Source: Octopus sinensis (lineage: Eukaryota). From it: DNA of 64,000 nt. The notes beneath the pieces were generated by a model. The model was not told the origin of the DNA and searched no databases. It was given only the letters and a program-made list of their open reading frames with translations. Each line of letters starts with the position of its first letter. Position 1 is the stretch's first letter. Made by a program: the position numbers and the translations under genes. Location: contig NC_042999.1 in NCBI RefSeq assembly GCF_006345805.1, forward strand, positions 171,616,001 through 171,680,000, read 5' to 3'. This document shows, one piece after another, positions 41,285 through 56,400 of this stretch.

Positions 41285-41890
41285 ATGCTTCAAGTACCCT
41301 GCGAAAGATTCTTACAGTTCCAAGCAATGCTGATATTTGTAGGTGTTCTACTTTCACAGTTGCACAAATCTTTTTCTGTCACGTTGGTAGTTGAGCGCTG
41401 ATACTTCCAAGTACACAATTACTACTGGTATCACGTCTACTCCCTTAATTGACCAATCTTTAAATCGTCGTAGTTGTTTATTCCTTCTTCTTCTTTCACA
41501 TAGACCTTGTTGTCACCGGAACATGCTATGTCGATAATCATACATGATCTTTCTATTTTATTCACCAAAAACACTGTCCGGTTTCGTATGTCTGGTCAGG
41601 GGATCACAGTGGATCATTGTATCCCACAAGATTTTGAAGTTCTCATTTTCGGTGACTCTTTCTGGGGTTTGTTCATACCAAGCATTTGCTCTTTGTAGGC
41701 CGTGATCCCAATGGATAATTCTTGTCACATTGACATGGCGTCGTTTGTATTCACGTTGTGCAAATTTCGAGCATTCGCTAACGATGCGCCATATCATTTC
41801 ACTCCACTCACCACACATTCTTGCATTTGTTGCTATCGGTAGTGTTGTCAATTCTGCGCCTCATATAATTGGTCCTTAACGATTGTTCAT
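41285..41890 (-). mobile_element. RLE LINE 3' fragment
   Basis: EYKRRHVNVTRIIHWD..ENENFKILWD..KPD; C-terminal LLGT-like motif. Confidence 0.8.
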
Positions 41891-42049
41891 GAGCTTCTGT
41901 CTCTATCTTTAGGTCACTCCTCCTCATCCACAACAACCGGTACTCTGTATCTGTCTTGGCGTTCACATTTGATTATAATTTTTATCATTCCATGCTGTTT
42001 GTTTTTTGTTAAATTGGTATTTAAATTTTTCTTCTTGTTATTGACTGAA

Positions 42050-42545
42050 TCATCAGTGCATGCCACCAAAGTGACACTGGAGTAAAATATACGAAGCCTA
42101 GTATATCCATCATACCTACCCGCATTATAGGGCACATGCATCTCAAACATATGTACGCAACATAATGATTTCATATGAAGATAAACAGCGCATATCCGTG
42201 CATGTATGGCCCAGTTAGAATTTCCATTAGGCCCAGTTGCCCGTCCCGCTCAAAATATCCCTGAATAAGGGTTGTTTAAGGATGTTGAACAAAACAAACT
42301 ATTCCACAGGGGGATTATTCAAACTTCTGCATGTGATCAGAGATGCACATATTGTCAGCCAATAGGCACATATTCAAGTGGTTAAAATCAAGCAGTTGAC
42401 AAGCAAATATGTGTTATTGAGGAGAATACTTGCTGTAGCCCATCTTGTATATCGGGATAAAACAATTTACATGATGACACTTCCAATCATTTAAGGTCAA
42501 AAGCCACGAGAGCCACTGCCTGGTACTGCATCCAGGGATTTATTA
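42050..42545 (-). mobile_element. Family C retroposon
   Basis: Reverse complement of 3478-3995. Confidence 0.75.
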
Positions 42546-42589
42546 TTGTTATTATCATTATAATTTATTGTTTTTGCACAACTTTTAAC

Positions 42590-45500
42590 GCTGGAGATAT
42601 ATTACGGTGTCAGCTGTTCACTACCAGTGAACTACGGTAACAGCTCTTATTTTTTGAGCACCATCCAGAGTATTCGACCGGTTCGAAACAGCTGTTTTCT
42701 GCAACTGCTGAACTCTTATTGCAGCCCCTATTTGTTCCATGTACTTCTCATGATTTTTACTCACTGTTCCCAGGGCTCCGACAATTATTGGTTCTACTAC
42801 CACCTCTTCCATCGACCACAAGTGCTTAACTTACCAAGCTAGCCTGTCATATCTATCGACTTTTCTTTCATTCTTATCACATACCTTGTTGCCAGCTGTG
42901 CATGCTATACCTATGATCCAGCATCGTTTGTTTCATTCTCAATGAACACTAAGTCTGGTTTCCTATTTTCTATCTCACTGTCGTACAGAATCGTAAAATC
43001 CCATAGAATCTTTGCATTATCATTTTCGATGATGCCTTCGGGTTTATGTTCGTACCACTTTTTTACTGTGTCAAGTCCATAATTGTTGCAAAGAATCCAA
43101 TGGAAAATTCTTGCTATATTATCATGACGTCTCATATATTATTTCTGGGCGATTGGAGTACAATGGCTGGTTATATGCCATACCGCTTCACCATATTTTC
43201 TACAAATTCTGCACTTAACACTTTCTGATGTGTTGTCTATTCTGTATTTGATGTAATTGGTTCTTAATACTTGCTCTTGGGCATCAGTGAATAGAGCCTA
43301 CGTTTCCGGCTTCTAATCACTTTCAGACTTCTTTTTTCTCTTTCTGTCTTATCTACGACAACCCTATGAAATAGTCCATGCATTCTTTTCTTTATACACA
43401 TATTTTCAGTTTCATTTATTCTCAAGTGTTTGGACAGAGCTTTATCTTTATAATCTTCCATCCTACACAAGTCTGACCATCTTAATTAGTGGTTGTGTGG
43501 CATTTTTTTACATACCATGCTATGTTGTTTTCTACTGCTCTAATGTCGTGTTCGCATCCAATCAGTCTGCTTTCCCCTCTTTTTCTTGGTACACACAGTC
43601 TAAGTGTGTCCCTTTTTGGGTGGAGTTCCCCATATCTAGTCAGCAACTTATTTGTCTTTTTGTCTTTGTCTACTGTCTTTCTGTCAAGTTTATCTAGTAC
43701 CCATGCGATTATCCCTGCTCCATAACTAAGGAGTGAAACCGCCCAGGTGTTGATAGCTTCAATCCTATTCCGTCCGTTTATATTAGACTTAAGTATCAGG
43801 GATAGTTCCTATTGAACCAGTAACTATTGATATACATACTCCCGTGCTTTACACAGTCTCTGCAATACAAAGGCTACATCCTGGTACTTTGCTATCTTAA
43901 ATATACCTTTCATATAGACATTTTCATCATTAGGGACTGTAAAGTCAATTACCTGGCACTTTCCATTGTCTTTATCAACTACTACTAAATCAGACCTTTT
44001 AGCATCTATTACTCTGTCAGTCTGAATGTTGAAGTTCCGCAACATCTTAAACTTCTTACTTTCCAGTACTTTATTAGTTCATGTACATACCATTTATCAA
44101 TATGCTCAAATCCTAGCTTTCTATATAACGCCCAGTGGATTGCCCTCCCTAGGTTGTCATGACTTTTCTTGTATTCACTTACCATATGAGTAACACTTTC
44201 CACTTTAGATTTGCATTTGCATTCCTACATTAGGAATCTACTTGGTTTTTGTCTATTTTGGCTTTTATCCAATTAGTCCTTGATGCTTGACCTTGCGCAA
44301 GTACTAACTAAAATTTCTGCCTCACTTATCAGCCTCCCTTTCTATTACATTATCCATATCTCATTACTACTATATACTGCAAACATCCTAGGGTACCTAC
44401 CATACCAGACCTTCTACTGCCAGTCAGATAACTTTTGTTATTTTCCTGGTTTTTAACTTCGTTTGATTTTTGGTTTCCCTATCACTCTAGCAGCTCTTAA
44501 GAAACTTTCTTAACTTTTACTTGCATAGGAGTCTATATCTACTCTAGTTCACACCACGCAGTCTTCTACTGATATTAGTCCACTTCCACCACCCTTTCTA
44601 AGTAAGTACGCATTACCTTGCTATTCTTGCTCTTGGATGGAGTTCTCCATTCATATTGAATATTTTCCTAGTTCTTACGTCTAGCCTTTCTAATTCAGTT
44701 TTTTCTCTAATCTACGAAAGCTGCTGAGTATCTAAGGAAAGATACTGACCAAGTATTTACTGCCTTCGCTAGATTCGGACAATTTAGTTTTGATTTCATT
44801 AGCTTCCTTACACTTTTGATGTACATCGTAATTTTCGTTTTCATATATATAGTTAGCAATCTGTCAGATTCTAATATTTTCAGATACTTATAATTCTTTC
44901 CATGTTTTAATGATTTTTAAGTTTTGATCATCTGGTAATTTGATGCCTTCACTGTTGACTACTAGTCCTGTTTTCATGGCTAATATTGCACACTTATCTA
45001 TGCAAAATTCCATGCCTGTATCTTTGCTGAAGTGTCTTACAGTCTGTATTAAGGAATCTATCTCTTTTTCATTCTTTCTAAAAAGCTTCAGATCATCAGT
45101 GTAGAGCAAATGCTTAATTTTCCCATTACTATTTCTGAACTGATACTCTGCATTTGCCTTCCTTAATACTAAACTGTAGGTATCGGTCAGGCAACAAATA
45201 TTAAAGGGGATAAAGAGTCTCCTTGCAAAATTCCTCTCTCGATATTAACTTTACACAAGACTGTATCACCTGAGTATAGATATACTTTCCATTTCTTCAT
45301 TCTAAAGCTAATTAATTCTCTTATGTTGCTTGCTATACTGAATGTACTCAAATATTCACTTATATATGAGTGTTGGATCATGCCATAGGCTTTTTTGTAA
45401 TCTATATATGCCATTGTTAGATTCCTCTTTCTAGATTTTCCTTGATTTAGAACTCCTTTGTCTATGAATAATAGATAATGTTTCCCTCTAGATTTCTTCC

Positions 45501-45800
45501 TGCAAACTTTCTGTTCCTCTGGTACTAAATTGTAGTTGTCAAGATGCTCCTAAATGCTTTCTGAAAGCATTCCTGTTAACAACTTCCACATGTTGAGCAA
45601 GTCATTGGTTAATAATTGATAGCTGTATTATCCTTGCTTTTGTCTTTCATAAAGTGTTTTCTTCTTCCTTAACATTCTTGTTGACAGCTTCACCACCAAT
45701 GGTAAACAAGTAATTAATCTATAATCGCTAGCTGTATAACCTTTTCCTCCTCCAACATAAGTCAAGGAGCCATGGTAGTTTCTTACTGCCAACACCAGAT
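42590..45800 (-). mobile_element. Cluster of degraded RLE LINE pieces (RLE ends 42590-43800 and 43810-44230; RT region 44230-45800)
   Basis: MRRHDNIARIFHW..ILWDF..KPDLV; QTDRVIDAKRSDLVVVDK; LYTDDLKLF; IDYKKAYG..RGILQGDSLSPLIFV. Confidence 0.85.
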
Positions 45801-46129
45801 CTCCAAAAAGCCTCAATAACAACAATGAAACTAACAACGACCAGTAACAAAACCAGCATCAACCCTGGCAACAACGGCATCGTCATCAACAAGAACAGAA
45901 AAACCAATAAACGAAGAAAAATCACCAACACCAGCATCAATAGCAGCCACAAAAACAACAGCAACCCCAGCAACAGCATTATCAATCACAGCAGCAACAC
46001 CAGCCACAGCAGCAACAACAAGAACAAGAACAACACCAACAACACCAGCAACAGATGCACCAACCTCACTCCCTTTGACAGTAGTAGAGATAATACATAG
46101 GAACACACACAGTCAATTATTAGGCATCC

Positions 46130-47680
46130 TTATTTGTCCCTCCTAAAGGTTATTTATCCGACCTTCGGCGCTCTAACAACTTGTCTGTCTGGAAGACACA
46201 GTCCCAGAGGATTCTTGCCTTCCCCTTTTTGTCCATTAGCTTTTCTGGTGTACATTGGTAACAAGCACTCATACCCATACTTACGACAGTGGAGGTTTTG
46301 GCTACATTGTTGTGTTTTCGCTTGAACTCTTTCTGCGCAAGACTTTCACAAGCACTAGCAATGAGGGTCACGCTTTCGACCCTATTCCCACACATTCTGC
46401 AGAAAATTATGAGTTTGTTTTAAAATTTGAGATTACATAGACAGTAATTTTCGTAGAATATGGGCAGTTCCCATGAGCAATTTCTTTAGAATTTTTGCCA
46501 TTTTGGGATTTTCTGGTATCTGAGGTAGATAGCAATCAGCCCCTTTTGCTATCATTCCTAGGGCACCTATGACAACAGTATTGTTTTAGTCTTCAGCTTC
46601 CACGTTTTTCAAATTTCCATTTCAAGAATTTTATACTCGCTCTGATTTTGGTAGATCTTGACACATACATTTATATCGATTAGGACAGTCATATCAATGA
46701 GGAGGCATGATTTTCGTTTGGAGCCTTTCAATATAACGTACGGCCTGTTTGCATCTATCTTTCTGTCAGTATGAATGGTGAAGTTCCAGAGGAGTGAGAT
46801 GTGATCATTTTCAAGCATTGGAGGTGGTTTGCGTTCCCACCAGTTTTTATCAAAGTGCAGGTCCAGGTTTTTAAAAATTACCCAGTGAATATAAAGTGCA
46901 GCTCTATCATGCCTCTTGAGATACTCTGTAAGCGCAAGAAAACTGCACATGGAGACAACATGGTCAACGTTCTCATTTTGTTGTTGACATATACGACATG
47001 TCAGGAAGCTGCCGTTGTTTAATATGTTGACCTGGTAGTTTCTTGTAGGTAGACAATGATCTGCTATGATAAACACTTCTGTTTCTTATTTTAAGCTAGA
47101 ATCCATTAGCATTTGATGGGTAAGAGCACTATCAACATCGGCATTGTTAGCTCTCCTTGGGCATTTGCCATTGAGAGGTTTTTCTTGCCATTTATCACTA
47201 AGAATGTCTAAGGCAGCAGTTTTAGCACGGGTTTTTATACGCTTAGCTTTTTCTGTGCTCGTTTCTAGCACGTCAAATCCTGGAATTTTATTTGGAATTC
47301 ACTTATATATTCCTTTGCCTGTTTTGTTATAGAGTACGATGATTTCTTGCTTTCATGTTTTAACATCCAGTCCTCAGAGATTTTCATATATTTGTCTTGA
47401 CCAATTGTAGCAATCATCATTGTTAATTCCGGTTGTAAACTTCCACGGCCTCACTCTTTTCTTGGCAGATAAAGTCATTATATATCTGCCTTGGTGTGGT
47501 GCATTCTATGCACTTTCAACAATTTTCGTATTTCCCACTTTAAATCGTCATAGTTATTTACTTCTTTCACACTGATCCTGTTGTCACCGAGTCATGCTAT
47601 GTCGATAAACACATATGTTCTCTCACTTGTGCCAATATTTTAAAACAATATTATGGTATCGCAAGGCACGTGCTTGCGGC
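46130..47680 (-). mobile_element. Further RLE LINE fragments
   Basis: ESLAQKEFKRKHNNVA..ILWDC; CRICQQQNENVDHVVSMC..RHDRAALYIHW..LLWNF..ANRPY. Confidence 0.85.
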
Positions 47681-48329
47681 TTGTTATGAAGTATTGGTGG
47701 AGGGGAATGTTACCTATTATCGAGACAGTGTGTAACGACGATTTCTCCATGAACACAAATTTGATTACCATCACCCACAGTGACCGAAAATATACAAGTA
47801 GAAGAACAATGGTGACTATAACAATTATAAGAACAATGGCAGCAGCAGAAATAGCAACAAGGACATTAGTGTTGACGGTTACAACAGCATCAGGAACGAT
47901 AGAAACAATGGCAACAATAGCAGGAATAACAGGAACAGCGGCATCAACTGCAATTACAAAATCAGCACTACGGAGAACAATCAATGCTGCAACTAAACGT
48001 CAACATCGACAGGCAACAGCACCTACAATAATGACGACTACGACGGAAATGAAACTACTACAGCTGACACAAGGCTAAGGCACTCTTATAATAACGAGTT
48101 CAACAAAATAAAATAGTTCTGCCTTTCTCTAAAGAAAGTAATTGTACGCCTATCATAGGTGATATAATTTTTGGAAGTTGATATATAGAGACAACATGCT
48201 TAGGCATGTTATGCCTGCAACTGTAATGAAGTGTTGCTGTATCATGATGTGTCAACTAAACCTCGTTGCTTAGAAGTCGCAGCATACATCTAGCTGGAGT
48301 TTACCCTCAACGTACATGTCAGATATATA

Positions 48330-49010
48330 AGGCTAGAGCGAAACAGTTGGTGGGTGTGGATGTCATTGCAGAAGCAATTCCCACGTCCCGAGGCACTCCA
48401 CATTTCCAATAATTGAAAGGAATACTATTTTTACCTAACATATATACGAAGATGGATGTCTCACATTTACAAGTCGCCAAACAAGCTGGTCTGTTTCAAT
48501 GAACTTTCAGTTCCGGAACTACCATGGATAACTTCCTTAAATACGTGGCTTGTCGGTGTTACTGAAGAGTTCTACCGGTTTTAGATAAAGTCTATAGGCA
48601 CGAAAGTTCCAAGAAGCGGAACTGTACGAGATGAGTGTCGAAACTATACTGCACGCACTCGTTTAATATATGGACATTACTGACTAGAGGAGTTATATCG
48701 AAAATCTCTCATCGTATGTGGGACGAATTCGACGGTCGGCCGAATCCTACCCGGGGACGGCCCCACCATTTACCTTTAACAATACAGAGCAGGCGGTGTT
48801 CCTTTGTCCAAAGGTTATGTTGCAAAAGGTCATGTGGTGGACGAGTCTGAAATGATTGAGGAAAGGAACCTTCCTCTTCGGCTCAGCCCTCACCAACACT
48901 TTTTAAGTTCTTCTTGGAACGATAAGTGAGTGTGAAGAGGGAGGTGCTACTTCCCATTGAATTTGCGAAAGGATGGGTGACTGTGGTAAAACAGATTATG
49001 GTGCATAACA
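48330..49010 (+). mobile_element. Old Tx1/L1-like LINE 3' remnant
   Basis: TAPPFTFNNTEQAVFL..VMWWTSLK..GSALTN aligns by eye to IATPPSFKREGRAIF..CIWWTRLK..GQSLIN of 29189-29563. Confidence 0.55.
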
Positions 49011-50561
49011 CTACTATGAACATTGGCATACTGACTGGAAAACAACATTTGTGTAAGAGCTAGTGGCTTTGATGGTTAGGGAAATCCTGAATCTGTGGAA
49101 ATCTTTGACTGGGCGTAGTCGGACTTTGTCCTGTATTTGCAGAACTGCATCATTCATGTCACCATATACTTTGTGTACTGGGAATACTTTATCTCATACC
49201 ATCGCGTTTTACATTTCATTCTCCTCATATTTCAAGTAAACCACAAATTTTAGACCATCCTTGTCATGCTTCCCTCATCTGTACTTCTGTGCTAGTAAAA
49301 GAAATCATCATCATCATCATCGTTGTTATTGTTTTTATTATTATTTCTATTAAATCACCACAATAATGTAGTTTGGATTTGATCTAATTTGGTTTAGTTT
49401 CTCAATGAAGAGGTAGATTTTCAGTGAGTTTCTATTAAAACAAAGAACGATTGGGGCTCTGATATTGATACAGCAATCCTCAATTTAATAGAGATTGTTA
49501 TATAAATAAAATTTTCTGAATAACGGATTGAAGAATACGTTAACGATACAAGTATTGTGTAGGCAGATTTCGGACCAGATTTTATTAAGTAGAAGGAAAT
49601 AAAATGGAATTATATGTTTGAAGAGTTTGTATAGAAGTTCAACATTCATTCAAGAAATTTGATAAATGCAGTCAACACATGTGCCGTGTCTTACATGAGC
49701 TATATTGTTTTCGAGTAATCCATTCAAAATAACTTACCTATCAATGAAGTGCTTCATGCGAAGGCAACTTGAACTTGTTTTTACATCAAAAAGAAGAAGA
49801 GTAATAGGATATATAGCTATGTGAATGGGAAATCTTGCTCCCAATTAATCGATATTTAAGAGTGCTCCATTAGGCCAGGAAATGGTGTGTCTGCTGAAAT
49901 TGAAGTCCAGAATACACCAGAAAGCAGGATAAATAATGAAAAATGCGTTAGATTAACTGAAGTTACGGGCATAGATCCATAGGTTTATCAAGTATATCAA
50001 AAATCATAATTTATCTAGGAATAACTCAGGGCTGGAAAATTGAAGTGAGAGATGGAACTCTAATGCTAGCTGCTCAAATCAGGCCCTGAATTCTAATTCA
50101 TTTAATTTCCTTTCTAACTTTAGCGTAAAGCCTGCAATTTGGAGGGTGCGGAATTCGATTAAATTGACCCCGGTATTCTAATGTTATAAGATATCGTTAT
50201 ATATCATACAAAAATAAATGCCTCATAATATACATTACCATTCCTTCACGCAAAAATACTCGAAAACATAGAAAATTCTCGAAATAAATTGTATCAAAAG
50301 TAGAAATATGAAAAATGTGGAAAATTAATTAAATTGATTGTAAGAGATTAGTGTGAAATTAAAAATGAGTGTCCATATATAATTAGATCGAGATGGAAGT
50401 ATTGGATATGAAAGCAAGCAGTTGAGAGTTTTACAGGCGTGATCTTCCAGGAGAAGATCATATTCTTAGACAAGTATTTTCCTTGTAAGGATTTTTTGTT
50501 CTGGTTTGATATTTTATAGTATTAACAACAATCTTTCATTATTTCATCTAGGTTATGCAAT

Positions 50562-50609
<48 letters not shown>

Positions 50610-52104
50610 CTTTATAGCGAGCTATAATAATAGCATGCAAAAGAAATAATTTAGAAAAGAATAATTGCGTTCTTCCGGTAAGAAACTATGTGCACCTGAT
50701 ATGGTAAAATATACCAGGCCCTTATTATCATGATGATCATGAAAATTCTGAAAACATGTATAAAGATTTAACACGCCTATATATTGACAATAATAATGTG
50801 TTTGTTTCTGTCGTACATAATCGACAACTAAACAACTTTGTGTTCTATAAATTATATATATCATAATGGATGATACTACACTAATAATAATAAAAAAGCC
50901 AGCAGTTCGCAGTCCCGGAATGATAATACATGCGTGATCATTCACTACTGTAATATATTAAGATTAAATCAATTCCAGCAATCATTTATTTCACAGTTTT
51001 GCCTCTGATTTTATAAAACCAAGATTAAAATAGTGCGTTTCTTAAAGTGTCTGAAGACAAGGCTCAATCAAAGCACCATATACGTGAAGGATCTGAACAA
51101 TGTTTGCTTGTTTCCCTCAATATTATCCACCAATTGAATAGTGGAAATGAAATAGTATTCCCACCTAGAAAATAATAAATGTTCTCATACCAGGACATGG
51201 ATGAGTCAGTTAGTTTCAAAGACTCAGACGAGGACTTGTTAGGGAAAGTCCTATACTATACATTCTTGACCATTGTTGAATGTTAAAGTATGTAATAGCT
51301 ATGCGAGTAGCAGGCAATATAAGAATTTATTTTGTCAGGATCCCAGGCGTTTATTATAATTTACTGAAATATTTGCAGAATCTTATGAATATATGAAGTT
51401 AAATGTGCAATTCAAGAAATCCTTTCAAACACTGCGGCTTATTACGCAATACATTTATGAGGAAAGTAATACTATCGTCTACTACATTTCTATTACACAT
51501 AATAGCCTGTTTAGTGTTCTTCTTGATTCTCATCATACAAAAGATATTAACTCAATTATCAGTGCGTCAAGAGACGTGTCCAAATGAAAACGATTTAGAA
51601 AGATGCAATACTGTAGCCCGGCTTGCTACAAATGACAGCCGTGTAACTCTGAAACATGTATGAGAAACGAAAACACGTTACTAAACATCTAGACACATTA
51701 AACTTTGAAAAAAATGGTAAGTATGAATATAACATTTCCATTTTTTATCTCTGATATCTGGACATGTAGAGGCAAAACAACAGTAAAATTTATAAAAGAA
51801 CGATTGGATTAAATTTTGAAAAATTAAGTTCAATAAATGAGTCACCAGTAAAATTTATTATCCAGTGGCAAATATGGCAAACATCAATGACTACATAGAT
51901 TTTCTCTACCTTTGTCATGATTCCCTTGAATTCTTTGTGAAGAGATATACATATATGGAACACTTTGGTTTGTATCAATGCAACGTAAGAAACATTAAGA
52001 TACTAAATAGCATTACTTACGTGGTGTGGAAAAGTATATTAATCATTGATTAATATTCTTTCTAATTTCTTATACTCTGTTACACTTTTACCCTTTTACT
52101 TGTT

Positions 52105-52478
52105 TCAGTCATTTGACTATGGCCATGCTGGAGCACCGCCTTAATCGAGCAAATCGACCCCAAGACTTATTCTTTATAAGCCTAGTACTTATTCTATCGG
52201 TCTCTTTTGCCGAACCGCTAACTTACGGGGATGTAAACACACCACCATCTGTTGTCAAGCGATGTTGGGGGGACAAACACAAACACATAAATACACACAC
52301 ACAGACATATATATACGACGGGATTCTTTCAGTTTCCATCTACCAAATCCCCTCACAAGGCTTTGGTCGACCCGAGGCTATAGTAGAAGACACTTGCCCA
52401 AGGTGCCACGCAGTGGGACTGAACCCGGAGCCATGTGGTTTGTAAACAAGCTCCTTACCACACAGCCACTCCTGCGTT
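52105..52478 (-). mobile_element. tRNA-derived SINE (family B), near full length
   Basis: Minus: gcaggagtggctgtgtggtaaggagcttg..ccgggttcagtcccactgcgtggcaccttgggcaagtg..gacggcatggccatagtcaaatgactgaaac-type tail. Confidence 0.85.
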
Positions 52479-54085
52479 TTTACAAATGTTTCGTACTTGT
52501 CAGAGTGGCCTTGAAATAATATCCATATAAATTTCATTAAAGTATGCAAATATAATTATTTAGAATGTATTTCACTGATACTATCTGCACAAAAGTGAGG
52601 CAAGTTAGTGCCAGTATATGGAATGCCAGATAATAATGAGATATAACATTAAAATAATATTAATCATTCACGAATATTGTTTGGTCTTTCTTGTTAAAAA
52701 TCTAACACTTCCAGAATTTGAATAGGTTAACTGCAGTTTATCTAGATACTCAAAATTTCAGTGACCCTAAGCATATAAGCAAAGTAAATCTGATTCCAGT
52801 AGGCCTCTACATATACTTTCAATTCAGTAGTGGGTTTATATGTTTTCTGATGTGTGCGTGTAAGTGTGAAGGTGTGATTGTGTATCCAATTTTGTATGGT
52901 TTATTACATATTCAAAAGAACGGAACATAAAACAAAAAATTACATGATATATGGTGTGCATTAATAAGAATTCCAAATTTTGTAGTTTCTGTTTACGTAA
53001 AAGCTTTTCAGTGGTACTGATATATGGTTTGAATGGTGAACCGCACCATTTGTATATTCTAAGAAGGTCGGATAAATATTTATTTATGTTTTAAAGCCAG
53101 TTTTTATATTTCCGGGAGGCCATACTGCTCTGAGTTTCGCACGTGAGTCTGTTCATATAAACAAGATGTCAATATTTACAACACAATTCTCGTCTGCGTA
53201 CAAAAATATCATAGTTGCTTTTATTGCGCGAGTGACCACTTAAGCTTAAATATCATACCCAGCTGATTTTCTGTGAAAGTAAATCTAATTCTATACCATC
53301 CAATACATTATCATTTTTATTTAGTAAACCAGCAGGATATAATTTGAGAGAAAGAAGGGGAGGAAGAGAGAGATAACTGTTATTTCTAGCAAGCTGATCA
53401 ACGTCGTTTTTGTTAGTATACTATTGATCGGTGCCATATTTTGACTTTGTGGATGATTTTTATCCCTTGGTCAGTACAGTGCAAGTTATCTCCAATCTGA
53501 TACTCTTCCCATTCATTTTAAATATGGAGTGGGCATATTTACTGAGATTTTGCTTTTGTTTTGTTTTTTTTCCAACAAGATGAGCGAAAACGTAGTCTGC
53601 CCATAGTGTTAGATCGGAAAATAATTCCTGATTAGACTCGTATGATTCCACCTTAGATATATGCCAATGAGCATGCTGAACCTATTGATTTCTTCTCTTC
53701 ATCCTTCCGTTGTTCAGTAAGTATAGTTCTAGTATGCAATTTAGATTCTCGTTAAAACCGTTTCCTAATGGCACCATTGTAATAGTATTCACAACACGAT
53801 TAAATAAATCGTGTTTTGAAGAATACGTTAGGCAAATTGCTACTACTATTTCTACACATATACTGACAAATTGTGCTATATGATCGGAATTTCTGCTAAT
53901 ATAATTATGGCTGTCTATAGAATAACAGATATCGTTTTTATTGCGTTTAAAATTATGCGTAAAACCATAGCAGTGATTACGTTATTTCAGGAAGACACTT
54001 TGATATTTTCGTTGTTCAACTTGAAATATATTGTGTGTAATATATACAACAAATATGTGTGTCTGTGTATTTGTGTGTAGGTATT

Positions 54086-54127
<42 letters not shown>

Positions 54128-55046
54128 CATAACTATAGATTCATGTTGAATAATGTGCAATTATTACTAAGATGCTATTTCAGGAGGGTAATTCTAATTT
54201 AAGCAGAATTGCAACAATTCAATATATCAGCCAAAAATATCATATATGGCAAAACGCTGTATACCAGTTCTGTTGTTATAAGGACTCTACCTGTCAGCAA
54301 GTAACTTAAATCTCACCAGGAAGAAAATTGCTAATTATATTTTGAGATAAATATAAATATACAAGCTTTGAATCTATAGCTATCAATTACAAAATATTAT
54401 TATCAAATGACGTTTTAACGTTTTCCCATATGTATACATACATTGAGCGACAATATATATGTACCTATAAAAGAAATTGTCTTGATTTCGTCGCGTAATT
54501 CCAAATACATAAGTCTTTATTATATTAGTCTATGCCTTTTTCATTAATTAATTCAGCAACACTCACGAATACATACACAGGTATATATGAGAAATAAGCC
54601 AACATTTCTTTATACAACTATCTCTCTCTCTCTTTCTTTCCTTCTTTCTTTTTCTCTCTTAGTTGACCATCAAGATTAATTACGACGTTGTCATATTTGG
54701 TGAACTGAAAGATGACCAATCCGATTCTGAATCCACAAATGCTGCAGTATATAGTGCAGGGGAAATGAGAGATCGAAGCTGAGTCCTTGTTTTAGTATAC
54801 ATTCAATGCTTTCTTCCAAGGAAACTAATGCTCTTAGTTTAGTTTTTCCTTGGAGCTGGCCAGATTGGAGCAATCTCAAGAATAATCAGCCGAAATTGCG
54901 AGGATAATCAGGTTCTAGACTGAAGATAGAAAACGTTGAATGGCCCGTCCTTGTTTTCTTTGTATCGTCTATCTAGATGTTTTCTTGCCCCTTTTTGTAT
55001 CATCTAGTTGTCCGGATGTTTTGCGTTCTTGTCTCATTTTGTATTT

Positions 55047-55098
<52 letters not shown>

Positions 55099-55374
55099 CA
55101 CACACACACACACACACAACACACACACACACACAGACATATATATATATATATTTACGTATATATATACATATACATATATATATATGCATACATATAT
55201 ATATATATACATATATATGCATATGTATTTATATATGCATCTGAAATCCTCAAGAGTATTTGTAATGTTTCCCCCCAAAATGCTCCTGCGATAAAATTCC
55301 CTCAATATCATCCTCATCATCGCCATCCCCACCATCCCCACCATCCCCACCATCATCACCGTCATTATCATCAT

Positions 55375-55505
<131 letters not shown>

Positions 55506-56264
55506 TGCAGCAGTGTGCTTATGAACATTTTTTTTCGCAATTCACTTTCTTCACAATATCCGAACTTTGAAATATTTTCCACGTTCTATTTCATAACATT
55601 TATTTAAAGATGGACATTAGATTTCTCTGTTGTGGAGATATCTTATATTGAAAAAGAATAAAAAATCTTATTCGGCCCAATAGATGAATCATCATCTCTT
55701 TAGAATGTTAGTTGTTTGGACACTGAAATTTTGATATGATCATGTTCCAAATTACATTCTAGTCTCTAGACTTAGAATTAGATATCAAATTTGTTCAAGT
55801 TTACCTAAAAGTTACAGCGTTTAGCTTTAATTTTGAATTGTGTTCTAAACTAATTTAGCATTTTTCTCGAATAAAACATACCATATATTTGTACTGGTTG
55901 AGATAAAAGAGAGAGAGGTAAAATGAAAGGTGCTACAGCAAATCATCTATCATAACCGTATATCAATAGTAAAAATGCTTCAATCGAATTTGTACACTTG
56001 AAGTCAAATATACCCCTAAAAGGAAAAGCAATATTTATCAAACGGGAAATATGAGCATCATCCTAAATTTCCTTTTGCACTTCACTTGTAATAATATGCA
56101 ATAATGTTCAGAAATTCATACAATACATATGAAGCTACTTTTCAATAACTTTATTTTTATGGAAATATAGAGGCAAATCCTAGTACGATTTCAGACCCTT
56201 TTGAAAATTAATCAACTAAAATTTTCCCTTTGTTATCTTTTCATTGTCAATATCACCAAACTTT

Positions 56265-56400
56265 AAAGCGGAGAGCTGGCAGAAACGTTACCTTTACGCT
56301 CTGAGTTCAAATTCTACCGAGGTCGACTTTGTCTTTCATCCTTTCGGCTTCGATAAATTAAGTACTTGTTGCGTACTGGGGTCGATCTAATCGACTGGCT
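56265..56400 (+). mobile_element. tRNA-derived SINE (family A), internally deleted
   Basis: aaagcggagagctggcagaaacgtta..ctgagttcaaattc..gtcgatctaatcgactgg. Confidence 0.75.

Noticed and set aside
45800-46100. N/T/S-rich ORF 45825-46100, and T/A-rich ORF 47653-48078
   Set aside because: Decayed (AAC/AGC)n tracts among LINE debris; no domain or splice support.
54663-54782. Acceptor followed by a 39-codon open frame; similar case at 63638-63793
   Set aside because: No recognisable homology; the pyrimidine tract is a microsatellite; the 63.6-kb one only faintly resembles piggyBac.
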